Assembly: GCA_036172245.1 (NCBI GenBank)
Contig: JAYWIR010000011.1
Span: forward strand, 4,030,001-4,094,000
Direction: 5' to 3'
DNA: 64,000 nucleotides
Source: Raillietiella orientalis
Lineage: Eukaryota
Shown here: positions 13,000 to 26,140 of the stretch, one piece after another
Position numbering within the stretch: position 1 is the stretch's first letter
Layout: each line of letters begins with the position of its first letter
Program-made: the position numbers and the translations under genes
The notes under the pieces: generated by a model
The model's input: the letters and a program-made list of their open reading frames with translations, nothing else
Told to the model about the DNA's origin: nothing
Database searches by the model: none

Positions 13000-15900
13000 T
13001 CTATCCAGTTTTGCCCTTTCTCGTGTGCGATGTAAGCGAAGAAGGAAGGAAAGGTCTCGTTAGCTTTTGGATGGGATTGTTAAGTGATGGGCTGTCGAGA
13101 GGAGGAAGAGGAGAACATTTCCATAATTTTTTGTTGTTGTTGTTCCTCTGATTGCTGATTTCATCCGAAACAGTTCGAGAGGATCGTTGATTCCTTCGAA
13201 TTCCCGATAGACGCTCTGCAAGAAACAGATGACAAGATGCAAGAGTTCCGTCGCGAGGGAAAGGACTGCAGCTCTCCCGAGGCAACGTGAGTAGCCACTA
13301 CACCACCATCACCACCACGAAGCGATTTGCTCGGAGTGTGGTAGAAGCACGCGCGTTGCTCTCCTACCACACACGCGAAGAGGGGAGACAGAAGGCTCCG
13401 TTCTTGGAGAACGCACGGGTCCAAGTCGCGGAAGGGGGGGCGAAGAGGGGGGAACCTCTGTCTTCGAGGACGTCGTCGCGGGCAGCCATCTTCGCGGGGG
13501 AGGGAGAGAATGAGGTTGCGGTCCTCGGACTTGGACTGGTGGGGCGAGCAGAAGATCGGGAGAGCGATGGCGGGCGGTCACCAGCGTATCTCTTGGAGCT
13601 GATCCCTCTGGTCGTCTCTCCGAGAGATGCGAGGGAACTTTTGGCGCAGCGCTTTTCAATGGTCGACGGGGGGGGGGGAGATCCCGGCCCCAGTCAGCTC
13701 TTTGGTTCGCTCCCCACCCTCCTCGCAGGTTGGCATTGCGCTAGAATCTCCGTTCGACCCGGGGCGCCCTCTGGCTCGAGGAACGGCAGCGAAAAGGCCA
13801 GCGGAACTGCAGCTCGTTGACTGGGGACGTTCCTCTCCCCCCCGCCCTCCCGCATTTCCTTCTCCTTCAGCGTTTTCACCAGCCGCATGTTTCCTCCTCC
13901 GCGGTCCCTTGCGGTCTTTCAAGGCGGCCGCTTCTTCTGCGGACCCGGCCCGCATGCGACACCACGTCAGGCAGGGTGGCGGCGATGGTGCTCTCAGGGA
14001 GTCACGAGCGTGCGTAGTCCAGCGCGGTCGCTCCGCTCCCGGTGGCGCAAACGGCACGGAGGGGTAGCTTTCCGGCTACGTGTGACGTCACGATCCGTTA
14101 CGACCTTTCGAGCTCTCCCTCTTCTTCCCGGTAAGGGAAGGGATGAGCGAGCTGTGGACCCCGAAACGGACGGGAGGGCAGCCCGAACCGTTGATGAAGA
14201 GAGGCCTCCGGGTGTCGGGGGGAACGGGACGCGAAGGGTCTCGGCCCGAGAGGGAGGCTCCGCCGCCTTGTTCCCGTCGCCTTGGACAACAAGGTCACAG
14301 CTCCATCGCCCCGTCGCGGTGCGGGACTCGGAGCTTCCGGGAATTCTTCCCCCCCTTTCCTATCCCGGGCGATGCGCCCCGGGAGTCTCCCGAAGACGAT
14401 CGGCAGGGCGTTGCCACCTGCCGCTTGCTTCGCGGAAAGGGAGTGCCCCTCCACGGCGGCTACAGGAAGAGGACGGGGAGAGGGGGAAGGAGGTGGGCAG
14501 GCGATCTCAACGCCGTTGCCTTGGAGACCGCCGCCGCCGCCCGCCTCACAATTCCTCTCTCGCGTCCACACACACCATCAGCATCGGGAAAGACCGCCAC
14601 CATGCTCTCTGTTCCGTCGCCGTCGCCATCCCGCGTCCTTCCGCTTCAGCACCGCCTCTTCTTCGCCGTCACGGAAAGGACCCTTCCCCGCCGCCCTCCG
14701 TCCGGGCCTCCGATACCCGGGATACCGAAGACAGTGGACGCGGCTCCGCCGCCGCCTCTGCACCTCGGACGTGTCGCGCGCACGCCAGCGTCCCTCCTCT
14801 CCAGGACTTCGCCCCGCCGTAGGCTTTTTTCCCGCCAGCTGCCAGCGCCGCGTTCAGCTCGCCCTTCCTCTCCCTTCCTCCTCCCCCCCTTGGCCGACCC
14901 CGGGACGGTGCGCCGCCCGGGGGAGGTGGAAGAAGGGAACGGCGCGCCTCAGGCAGTGCCCCGCGTTCCCGGAGAGAAGTCGCCGCTGGCGCCCGTCACA
15001 CCTCTCTCCTCCGTGCAGCGCGCCTGGAAGGGGGCGACCCGCCGAGCTCTGGAAAACAGGCAGAACTCGTCCCAGATCCCTAGGTGAGCAGGGCGAGCAG
15101 AGCACGGGGGGAAGGGAAGTTGCGTTCGGGGCCCGTAGGATGCGTCGGAGAGCACACGATGCGCCCGGAGAGCGGCGCGCGGGACAGACGGTGCCTCTCG
15201 ACGAAGGTCAGTCTGCATCCCTCCCCTTCCTTCTGCTCCTCCTTTCCTCTCCTTTTGTTGTCGCGGGATTTTCTTCCTATCTTTTTTTTTTTTTTTCTGC
15301 CTGGAGGGCATTTACCAGGCCTTGAACGGTATTAGGAGGCCGTCCGCAGCCATGCGTTCCTGTCAACTCCCCTCTCCGAAAAGGGAAGGAGAGACACGCA
15401 GCGCTCACGGCTCGGCTGCCTGGCCATCCGCGCGAGCCTTGGGCGGCGCGTTTCACCATTCCTCCCCCTCCCCCCATTGTCTCTTTTTCCCTTTCTCTTC
15501 CTCCTACTTCCCTTCCTTCTCCTCTTCCTTCCTTTCTCCTCCTCCCTCCCTTCCTCTTCTTCCTCCTCCCTGCCTCTTGTTGTTCCTGAACCCTGAAAAG
15601 TCTCTGTTCCGTCCAAGAGAGAAGCCACCCCGCTCTCCTTCTCCGCAGCTTCTCTCCCCTCACCCAGGAGCCCTTTGCAGGACGCGGGCGAAGCGGCAGA
15701 GTGGAAAAAAGGGAATTCAGAGGCCGTGGCAGAGGATCAAGTGTGAGAAGGTCAGCTGATGAGGGATCTCCATCCCTCATCAGCTGACGGGCAGAGGAGG
15801 GAGTGATAGGGGAGGGGAGCTGACGCGACCTCCTTCCCTTCTGCCTCCCCTCCCTTCCCGGTCCTCCCTCCTCTGCCCGTCAGGAAACTTTCCGCGGGCT

Positions 15901-18300
15901 TCCGAAGGAGGCGCTGCCGTTGCTGCTGAGGAACCTTCGCCTCCGGGTGGTAAGGGTCTAGGACGGGGGGAGGCTTTTCTTCGGCTTGCGTTCCCTGACC
16001 CACCGGCTCATCCAGCTGACCAGTGGTTCATGCTCCGTAGATCTTCATTCTTCGGCGATCGCTTCCGGCGTTCGACAGCCGGAGCGGAGGGGCGAGGAAG
16101 CGATCCGCCGGCGGTCTCCTGCACGGTGGACCGCCTGGAGGAGGAAGCCGCCCGCTCCCAGGGCACGCCGCTGCTCCGTCGGGACGCAGGCGGTGGGATC
16201 GACCGCAAGGTGCGTCTCGTCACTTCACTTCGTCTCCACCCCTCACCCTACCCACCCCTGCAGCTGTACGTGGAGCTGCACGAGCTGGACATCGGCGGCG
16301 GCGATCTGAAGGAAGACGTTCTGGAGTGGCACGCGGTCTCCCGGTGGATCAAGTATGAGGAGCGGGTGGAAATGGGAGAGAGGTGGGGCAGGCCCACGAT
16401 GGCCTTCCTGAGCTTTCAGTCGTTGGCGGCCCTCCGGGGCCTCGTGCAGGGCGGTAAGCACCGGAGGGGGGGGTCCCGCCCTGCGCGCTCACCTTTCCGC
16501 TTCCCTCTGCGAGCAGCGTTTACCCTCTTCGAGGCACGCGCCGAGGACGTGGATGACCTGGCCGAGAGAATCGCTGCAGGTCTGCAGGCCGCCTCGATGA
16601 TCGCCCCGGCCCAAGTCTCGCCCATGACGAAGGTCCTCACGCTGAACCGGCGCTTCGTCGGCGACGCCGTCGGCACCGTCGACGGTCTCCTCTTTGGGTC
16701 CTTCCGCTCCGACAGCGTCGTCGAGGCGGACCAGGATGACGAGGTGGGTGGGAGACCGTGCCCCCCGTGGCGGGAAGAAGAGGAGTCGGTATCATCCGGT
16801 CGCCGCAGATCTACCGGCAGAGGTACCGGATGGCGGCCAGGAACTCCCTATTCTTCACGGAGGCGGACTTCGGGGTCGCGAGGTCGCGGCTGGAACCCCG
16901 CGCTCTCTCCTACAGACCAGGAAAGCGCCGCGCCTCCGCATGGACCAGGAGGTCCCCCAGCATCCCGGTCAGTACGGCCCGTCCCCCTCCCGCCCGCACC
17001 GCGCGCGCGCGCTCGCGCCGAACCGTCCTCTTCCTTACCCGCTTTCCGGAGAGGAAGGGGCGCTCGGATCGCACGCGCTTCCCCTCCCCTCCCCCCTCAC
17101 GCACGCACGCAAAGCGAGAGGACAGAACGGAGGGCTGAAGGCCGTCGGCAACCTGAGGAAAATCAAGAGGCACAAGGGCATCCGGCAGCTGCTGCAGAGG
17201 ATCCCGGCAGGCTGCGAGGCCGCGGTCGTCATGGCCGGCGTTCTGGACTTCCTCGACAACCCCGTATGCGTCTTCGTGAGGCTTGAGAGAGGATCGGATG
17301 ACCTAAAACTCATCGAGGTCGGTAGAGCAAGGGAGAACGAGGTCTCTCCTCCGCCCCCAGCTGCCCATCCCCATCAGGTTCGTGTGCCTCGCGCTGAAGC
17401 CCATGGATAGCGCTCTGGACCACCACGAAATTGGCAGGTCGATCGGCACCCTCCTGTCCAATCAGGTACGTGATCGCCGACCTCCGTTTCCCTTACAGTT
17501 CCTTCCTTGGCCAATCTGTATTCACCCGCTGCTTCCCGCTGCTGCCTCTCCTTTTGTGACAGTCCTTTGCTCCTCTTCCGTCCTGGTCTTTCTTCTCCTT
17601 AAAAAAAGAAAGAAGAAAATTTTCCTGTCCTCCCTCTTCCTCCCCTCCCCTCAGTTATTCTGTGCTCTCTCCCGCCCACCCCGAAACGGATCCATTTACT
17701 CTTCGTGGAGCCCTGATGCCTGTCGTTCTCTCCTGTCAAGGACCAGAAGCGAGCGAGTGCGAACGTGAGAGAGAGAGAGAAACGCTCCCGCGATGCACTT
17801 CAGTCAGATACAGGGCAAGGTCTCTCGGACCTTCCCGAGGCGACTTGAAAGCCCGCCCGCGTCTCCCTGCGTGGGAGGTTTGCTCTGCCCCGCGAGATGG
17901 TTCTGTTCCCTCGTGCGAGACAGCCACACTCGTTCGGCACGCGCGGAAGCCCTGTCGACAAGCAGGCCTGCAAGTGGGCGGCGACCAGGCAGCACTTCGA
18001 ACTTATCGGCGTCCACCTTCCAGCCGCTCGAAAATCCCAAGCTCGCTCGTTCCTTTCAGAACTACTTCCGTCAGAAGAAGAGCACCCCACCCTTGCGTCC
18101 GCTCGTGCGAGTGCATTGTTGAAAAAACGCGCGCAGACTTCATTGTTGAAAAAACGCGCGCAGACTTCATTGTCGAAAAAACGCGCGCAGACTTCATTGT
18201 CGAAAAAACGCGCGCAGACTTCATTGTTGCGGCGTTTCTCCGCAAGTCCGCTTTCACGCTTTCGTCCACGAGCGCAACACGCCGAGCCGATGTGTTCGCT
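13000..18300. promoter_or_regulatory. GC- and CpG-rich island covering the 5' region of the SLC4 gene
   Basis: Visibly G+C rich and CpG dense relative to AT-rich flanks. Contains the first modelled SLC4 exons and several candidate upstream splice sites. Boundaries are approximate. Confidence 0.5.
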
Positions 18301-21300
18301 CCGCAGAAAAACGAGGGCTTTCATCGCCGTCCGCAGTTTCTCGGGAAGTGACCCTTACCAGTGTGACCGCCATTCGTTTCGTCTCCACGAAAAAAAAAAA
18401 AGAAAATACCCTTTACCTGTCCCATATAAGAAGGACATGAGAAATTGTGCAAGGCAGAGGTGGCCCTCGTGAGTGTGTAACTCAAGCGAATTAGAAAAAG
18501 GAGAAAATTTAGATCCTCTTTGAACGATTTTTGCCACTGCGTCGCAACATTTCAGCAGTCACCAGCATGAATGCTCAGCAGCATCATCTTCAAAGTGCAT
18601 CTGGTGATAGGACTCGATCCAGTGCTTTGGTGCCGCTGGGGACAAGGATATCCACCACTAACGTCACGGATCGTTGCGTTGCTCAAGCGTAAAACATCTC
18701 TGAGAAGAGTTCGTTTTGGGTTCCAATTACGCGTGAACGCAGACTTTCCATTTCTCGGGCATCTTTCCTCACTCCATCACTACACGTCTGTGACCGAATC
18801 ATTGGAGTTTAAATCGGTTCTCTCTACCTGCCAACGTTGAGTCTCATCGTTGATTTGAATATCCACCTCTCGGACAAACAAGGACATCTCGATAACCAGA
18901 GGTCCAAGTTTGCTGATTTCAGTCGACAGAGTCCCTCTCTTCATTCTTGAATACTCCACTCTTGTTAATATTTGATTGTAAATATGCTTCTCAGAAAAGT
19001 GACCTCTGCCGATGTAATTCTGTACATTAAACTTAGTGGTGGCCCAAGCACTTGGAACACGCACAAAAAAAAAGCAGATACCCTAGGCCAGAGTGCGACT
19101 ATCCTACTGGCCGGTGAACCCCTCAGCTTCTCTTTTGCTTCTCTTTCACAGTCCAGTGCTTGTAATGCTTCTACAGGTATCTGCTCTAAGAGTGGCGTTA
19201 GATCGTTTGTTTCTGCTTTTCATCCAGAAATGCCATCTATGAAAAAACAGTTCAGGGACTACAAGAGTGTACAAGCACATGGACGCGTACGCGAACAATT
19301 TTGATGGTTTTCCTTGAAACTTCCTCAGGAAATCGTGACTTTAAAAAAAATACACACACACACATCATCAGCATTAGATTTCATCCCTAGATAAGCTATC
19401 CATCTATCTATCTTTCATATACAGGATGAAACACCACTTGTAGGAAAGCTTTTTGACTCACTTGACCAACGCGTTTTCTTAAATCCTACATGTGTTTTCA
19501 AGTGAACCCCACACATTTGCAAAATGTATGGGGGGTTTGCGGCATGCAAGACATGGATTGTTCCCAAGCTTGGAGAGCAAATCGCCACCATTTGATGACC
19601 CTTTTGAAAGTGCTTTCCCTTTGTGCAGCCATTCCCATTTGCTTGTGTGCTTGTTTCAATTTCCGCTCGTCTTGATTTTTTCGTTTTAGATTTTTATTTC
19701 GAGTTTCCATTTCTGAAGATTGATGGTCTTTCCGCAGGCCAGGGATTAATCTTACATCACTAAACTCTCAATGCTTAGAAGGCCGCAAATGGGAGCCAAT
19801 AGAGGATTCTGTTCTCTTTGCCACAAAAAGCACGTTTCTCTCTTTTTCTTTACATTTTCATTTCAATTTATGCTTCTTTCCTTTGTTTCTCTTTTCTTTC
19901 AAATGTTTCTCTCTCTCTTTTTACTTTGTTCATCACGGAATTTCGAATTATTGAATTGGTATTTTTTCTTGTGTTAATCATCCAAATACTTGACTAGAAG
20001 TCAGTTTCCTCGAGTGTTTCAGAAGAGGTTGGCTCTTGGACAGAAACAGGAAGTATATCCACGGAATTATTTATGATTTAAATAGATAATTCTATGAGTT
20101 TAGTGATCCATTTTATTGAGACTACTCATTCCTTTGTAAAGATAATCGCAATGCCGTGTCAAAGTCTAAGAAACCGAAGCATAGGTTCACGAACACGAAC
20201 TTTTATGACTGTGTTCTTTGTCTTCTAGGAGTTTCGCATGGCTATTTACGCAGCCAAAGACGCAAACCACATTCTGGAAGCTTTGGACGAATTTCTGGAT
20301 AGCAGTATTGTCATCCCTCCTGGCGAACTGGAGAATGCCGAATTATTACCGATAGAAACAATAAACTCCAAAACTCTTGAAATAAAAAGAAGGAAATCGA
20401 TGGCACCGTTCGGTATCAGTGAAAGTAGTAGACAAGATGGAGTACACTATGACTTAAAAGATTCTTGTAAGCAAGTCAAAATCCTATTTGAAGTTGCCTT
20501 AATGAAAATGTTGCCTTTGTTCCCAAACATTCTGATTCTCGTAAGCTCTTCTTGTGTCTTCTCAAAAGTGCGCTCACATTTTCTCCTTCGTCGATTCGTT
20601 GCGGAAGCAACTAGCACAGTAACCAAATCAGTGAAGAGACACTGCACTCAGCCTCTTGAGAATCGAACCTTTTGAAAATCAGGAAGTCAATCGTGGAAAC
20701 TCAGTAATGCTTCCCTAAGATCTCCGCCATTTTGGGTAATCCTCCGCGTTGCTGCCGGTGCACGAAGGTTGATTTTCAAATAGCCCAGGAACGCTTTTCC
20801 ATTGAAAAATTCAAACTGACACGCCCTAACGGATGCTTTCGAATTCGGATTTAGACTCGCAAAATTTTCAAAATTCAGTTCTGACATCTCAACGAGGCAC
20901 GGAGCTCCTGCTTGCCGCTGACCACTAAAATCACTCGATGGACATCGGTTTTTCATGTTCTGAAATCAAAATAGATACAGATTCTCGTTTCAGAGATGAG
21001 ATTCTCGAAAGACGAATCACGTTTAAGAAATGCCGGAATTTCAGATGTCCTGTGTTTTCATTCAGATGTGTAATGCGTGATGAAATTGCTGATTTCCTTT
21101 TCCCCGGACAATCGGTTTTCCTCTCACTCCTACAAAGTCAGACAAGAACCCCATCGAGCGATCCGATCCGAGGTCTGACTCCACCAGTGGTTGTAGCACT
21201 TCCTGGTGTACACTTTTCAGATAAGTCACTATTTTAATTTTCACTCGCCTGATTCGCTTCAGTCTTCAGAACGTGAATTCCATTCCGGAGTATCTCCAAT

Positions 21301-24300
21301 GGCTCTGTTTAACCTTTCTCTAAACTTACCAGTATTTTCCTGTCCTTGCTTAACATGACGGAGCACAGGGTAGGTAGAGAGAGGCACACTTCTCGTGTGT
21401 GCATGTACGTGTATGCATGTGTAAAACAGTTCCAAACTGTTCAAATAATCTTTTTCAATCCCAGTCAGATTCGCTTTTCATTTCCGATCGTCCTTTAAGT
21501 TCATCTCCCGCATTTCAATTCAGCTCGAAATCTTTAACGCACGAATCTAAAGATAAAAATTCATCGACCATCCTTGCTGTTCGGGAATGAACGTTTCTGT
21601 TCCAAACGGGGCCGTCCCTTCCAAAAGCTCGAGCAGAGCAAGTTCTGAAATAAATAATCTTGTAAGAACTGAATCATTGCATTTACCCCCTTTTTTTTTT
21701 TTTTTTTCCCAAACTATTACAGGATTACAAATTGCAAATCTGGACGACAGTTTCCGTTTTCTGTAGGAAGTCAGCTGGGTATTGAGGGTTGCCATCACGC
21801 AATGTTTTATTCGTGTTTGAATCCAGTTTTACTCGCCGTTTTAGTTTCTATTCCGTAATTATCTGAATTTGTAATTGTCCATTTTTAAAAATGAAAAAAA
21901 AAAAAAAAAAAAACACTGTAGAAAGGCAGTTTTGACAAATGCATTTTGCAGAAAGGCATTTACTTTTGGGAACACGTCCGTCACACGGGCAGTTCAGACT
22001 TGGCGATGAACGGTATCGTCCAGACCAAAAATTTCTTACACAAGCGAAACTCAAATGAACCCTTTTATTGCTCTATAACTGTCCTCGTGTCTCAAAAGCA
22101 TTTTGCCATCTATTAATGGAATCTCTATCGAATTTAATTCAGCCTTAAGCATCTGTTTAACCATATTGAAATTCCAAAAACGAAATCTGTAGAATAGCCT
22201 TGTGTTCGGCCTATGTAATTTTCACATGATTTCAGCATTAAAACTGGAAGCCCAAACTTCGGCTTCTCTCAGAAGGACGCATCATTTCTTTGGAGGAGTC
22301 ATCAAGGAACTGAAGGAACGTTATGCGTATTATTGGTCAGACATTTTGGATGCGTTAAATCCTGTTGTGATCGCGACCATATTCTACATTTATTTCGTTT
22401 CCTTAGCTGGAGTTATCACGTTTGGAGGATTAAACAGTAAAATTTCAATCAATTCAGTGATTCGAAAATTTTGAAAATGACCCACAGATGACAAAACACA
22501 TAGTCTGATTGGAGTTGCAGAAACTTTTATGGCATCGTCACTGAGCGGGATCCTGTATTCACTAGTAGCTGCTCAACCGCTCATCATCCCCAGTAATACA
22601 GCCTCGTTGCTGTTATTCGATGAAAGCTTGTTCATCGTAAGAAGTAACAACTGTCCTGAGGGAAACTAATCGATCTTTTCAGTTCTGCAGCATGTGGAAA
22701 GTAGATTTCCTTCTCATAAGAGTATGGATAGGTTGCTGGCTGGTGTTACTAGGTCACGTTGTCGCTTGTTTTGAAGGCAGCGTGATTGTTCGGTTGTTTT
22801 CAAGATTCACGGAAGAAACCTTTTCCTTCTTCATTTCGTTAATCTTCATCTTCGAGAGCATTCATAAGCTATATTCGGTACTCTTTTCTTTTACAATTTC
22901 AAAAAAGGAAAAACGGTATTCTCTCTAAGATTCGATAGAAAGAAAGAAAGAAAAAAAAATACTGGAATCTGAAGATGCTACTGTTCAAATTCTAAGAAAT
23001 TATGTTCCGTGATCTTGTTCCATAGTGTCTTTAAAATTGTGACCATCCTTCACATTCATTTCTCACGTTGAAATTCCAGAATACTTTCCTATTCAAGTCA
23101 CATTTTGCCCGCTTCCTTGTTTTTTGATGTCATGGGTTTGTGTTTATTTCAGATTTACGTCGACCATCCACTAATAACAGATTACTGCAGCACGAGTACG
23201 GTTTCTTATTCAGATTTCGTCGAAGAAAATGACCACAACGAGAGCTTCCCTCTTGATTTCTTACTTTCTAGCAACCAAGCGTCGGAAATTGTCCAAAATT
23301 CTACATCCGGAAGGTAAATAAATTGGAATTTTTATCGATCGCTTTACATGCGACGAAGCCGTTCTTTTATTTTGAAGTTCTTTGAAGTTTTGCTGTTTCC
23401 GGTCTGAACCGAAGGCTGTAGGCACTCGGAGCGAACTCGAGTTTTTGGAGTGCGCTTTCATCATCCAAGATGATGGTGAATCACTAGAGGAAGAAAAAAA
23501 AATCCTCTTCCAAAGAATATAGTCTTCATATCATAAAAGGCTTAGAGGACACACGCCTTATGAAATCATTTCTTGTTATTGCCTTGACACGCAATGCTTC
23601 GGATCTGGCAGTCCGCTTGGGCCATGTGCTCCACTCGCCATTTCAACTTAAACGCATTCTTCCAATATCCAATTAACTTGAATTGTTTTACAGTTTCCTT
23701 TATGATCTCAAATCGAAGGTATGCCATGGTTTTATTCTATATGTACGATACTAAGAAATACGGAAGTTTCTTATAGACAAAAACTACGTAGATAGGTTGT
23801 TGTAAGCATGAAGATGTTTTTTTTTTTCTCTCCCTCCCTTTTGGCTTTGATGATTGATCTGTTGGTCGTGGGCAAAGCATTTCTTCTGGAAACCCAAATG
23901 CCTTGCAAACCAATCGGCTCAGAGTGGAGGTGATTTTTGGTTGAAGAAACGTGCGAGTACTTTCCACGCAAAGGATTTTCGCTCCACGCAAAGCTGCCGC
24001 GTGCCCGGCGAAGAACAACCCATCTTCACGCTGGCGCACAGCAGCTGGACCATCCTTTCGAGGGTTTTCTGTTTTTTCAATTTCCTACTGACGACTTCAT
24101 GGCGTTTTTAGTGGTAGTGGTCCATTCCACAACTCGATATTTGCAAGTGGTCTTTCGTAAAGATAGGTTCGTGGTCAGGGCTTCGACTGTTCGGTGACAA
24201 CGTTATGGGACAGTTGCGTGTCTGCAGATGAGAGGATACATATTCTCTAGATATTCGGGAAAAAACGGCAGCAGGGTACTTTTGGAAGATCCGTGGCATT

Positions 24301-26140
24301 TGGATATAAGTGCAAATTTACAAACTGCGCGATATGAAAGATCTGTACACGCTTTAAAGACTGGTTGGCCTACAGAAAGTTGTATACGGGAAATGGACAG
24401 CGAGTTTTTCGAAAAAGTTAGGAGTTTGAAAATCAGTTCCCCCTTCCCCCTCTCCCCTCATTAATTAATCAAGCAAAAATTTTCCACGTAATAGCAGTTT
24501 GAAATTCAATTTCCCAGTGGCAGTTCGAAAGGTCTGACAAGGAAATCGGTGGTAGGAATTGCTTTCCAGAGATTTGGTTTTTCTAGAATGACTTCCCATC
24601 ACTGCCGTACTTTGGCTCACGGTTTACACAACTTCCAATATTTTAGACCAACAACCATCAGGAATCAGCCCCACACGGCCCTATTGTCAACCTGTCTCAT
24701 GTTGGGCACTTTTTACATAGCCCTCTCCTTGCGAAGATTAAAAGAAAGTAAATTTCTCGGGAAAAAGGTAATGTTTTGAAAGTCTTTAGCGCATCGGAAT
24801 TCTATTGTCTGAAAAGTATACATATGTATGTATGTATGTGTAGTATAGAACTTTCCAGACAAAGGATTCGTCTATTGAACGAAAGGGAAAATCGAATGCT
24901 TTGTGAGAAGTTGAAAAGTTCAATTCAGATTGTACTGTTTAAAGTTCAAGTGCTGTATTTGCACTCATAATGCAGATGCATTATGCAATGCCCTTTTACA
25001 AGCAACGTTAATGTTTTTTGTTCTCTTTCCTCTCCAAGATACGTAATTTATTGGGGGATTTCGGAATACCTATAGCTATCGGAGTGGCAGTTTCCGTAGA
25101 TTATTTCATAGTCGACATCTACACGCAAAAACTTTCCGTTCCCGAAGGACTTCGGCCAACCGCATCAGAAGTCAGAGGGTGGTTCATCAGTCCCTCCATG
25201 AACCGCTACGATTTTCCACCCTGGTTGTGCATTGCCACAATCGTCCCAGCACTGCTTCTGTACATATTAATATTTCTCGAAACGCAGATCACCGAGTACG
25301 TTCTACCCTTTTGTTTTTTGTGTCGTCCCTTGATGTGGGGGTGGTGGTACATTCCAAATGTGTTTCAAGGTTGCTACTTAGCAAGAAAGACAGGAAAATT
25401 AAGAAGGGAACAGGCTTCCACTGGGACATCTTTTTGTTCTGCTTCCTAAACTGTGGATGCGGATTTTTCGGTCTTCCTTGGATTTCAGCTGCCCCTTTAC
25501 GTTCTCTGACTCATTTGGTGGCGCTGACCATCTACTCGACGAATCATGCCCCAGGAGAAAAGCCGTACATTGTAGAAGTCAAAGGTTGGATTGCAACTGC
25601 TTTTGGGATCAAGTCCCGAGAACTTCCCCAGAGCAGCGAATAAGCGGTGTCTGCATCGGAGTGCTTCTGGGACTGTCTGTGTTGTTGGCTTCCACTCTGA
25701 AGCGGATCCCCGTAGCCGTTATCTTTGGTGTCTTCCTTTACATGGGTACCTCTTCGCTGGACGGGTTGGAGTTGTACCAAAGGGTTAAGCTCTTGTTTGT
25801 TCCGAGAAAACACCATCCTCCAGTGATTTATGTAAAAAAAGTAAGTTCTGTAAATATCCTGTATTCGTCGCTTGTTATTTTTGGGATTTTCTCAAGGTGA
25901 GGACCTGGAAAATGCATCTGTTTACCGTAATTCAACTCGCGTGCGTGGGTAGTTTGTGGATAATCAAATCCTCGGTAATAGCCCTTTCTCTTCCTTTCGC
26001 TCTGCTGCTACTTCTGGTAATCAGGAAGTATTTGACCTGTGTTTTCACATCGGGAGAACTACAAGCGGTAAGTGCGTTAAAGTCAGCAACGTCCAATTCC
26101 TGTATCGCATCAGCTGGATGACGAAGCCCACCGCGAGTGA
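16030..26140 (+). CDS. SLC4 band-3/anion-exchanger-type bicarbonate transporter. Exons ~16030-16209, 16264-16453, 16517-16743, 16809-16967, 17141(or 17126)-17317, 17361-17465, 20229-20466, 22236-22436, 22488-22636, 22683-22877, 23153-23313, 24647-24767, 25039-25295, 25370-25584, 25632-25840, 25897-26067, 26114-26140. True start may lie in further upstream exons
   Basis: Cytoplasmic-domain motifs LYVELHEL..RWIKYEE..RWGRP, IPAGCEA..DFLDNPV.VFVRL, HEIGRSIGTL and LDEFLDSSIVIPPG. Membrane-domain motifs ITFGGL, SRFTEETF, GDFGIPIAI, LIFLETQIT, KGTGFHWD, GLPW, EQRISG, FGVFLYMG and RTWKMHLFT. GT-AG introns keep the frame. Confidence 0.93.
18114..18229. repeat. Intronic minisatellite, 27-bp unit CATTGTYGAAAAAACGCGCGCAGACTT x ~4.3
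   Basis: Units start at 18114, 18141, 18168 and 18195, with a partial unit at 18222. They differ at a single T/C position. Confidence 0.95.

Noticed and set aside
15756..15763. CTGATGAG as a hammerhead ribozyme core
   Set aside because: It is fully paired inside the hairpin and no GAAA core partner follows at the required position.
13287..15780. Long overlapping ORFs of 150-347 aa in several frames
   Set aside because: Expected from very high GC (few stop codons). The products are Arg/Pro/Ala-rich with no recognisable motif, though small real exons may be embedded.
18114..18229. CRISPR-like array of 27-bp repeats
   Set aside because: Units are directly adjacent with no spacers, lie in an intron of a eukaryotic gene, and no cas genes are present.
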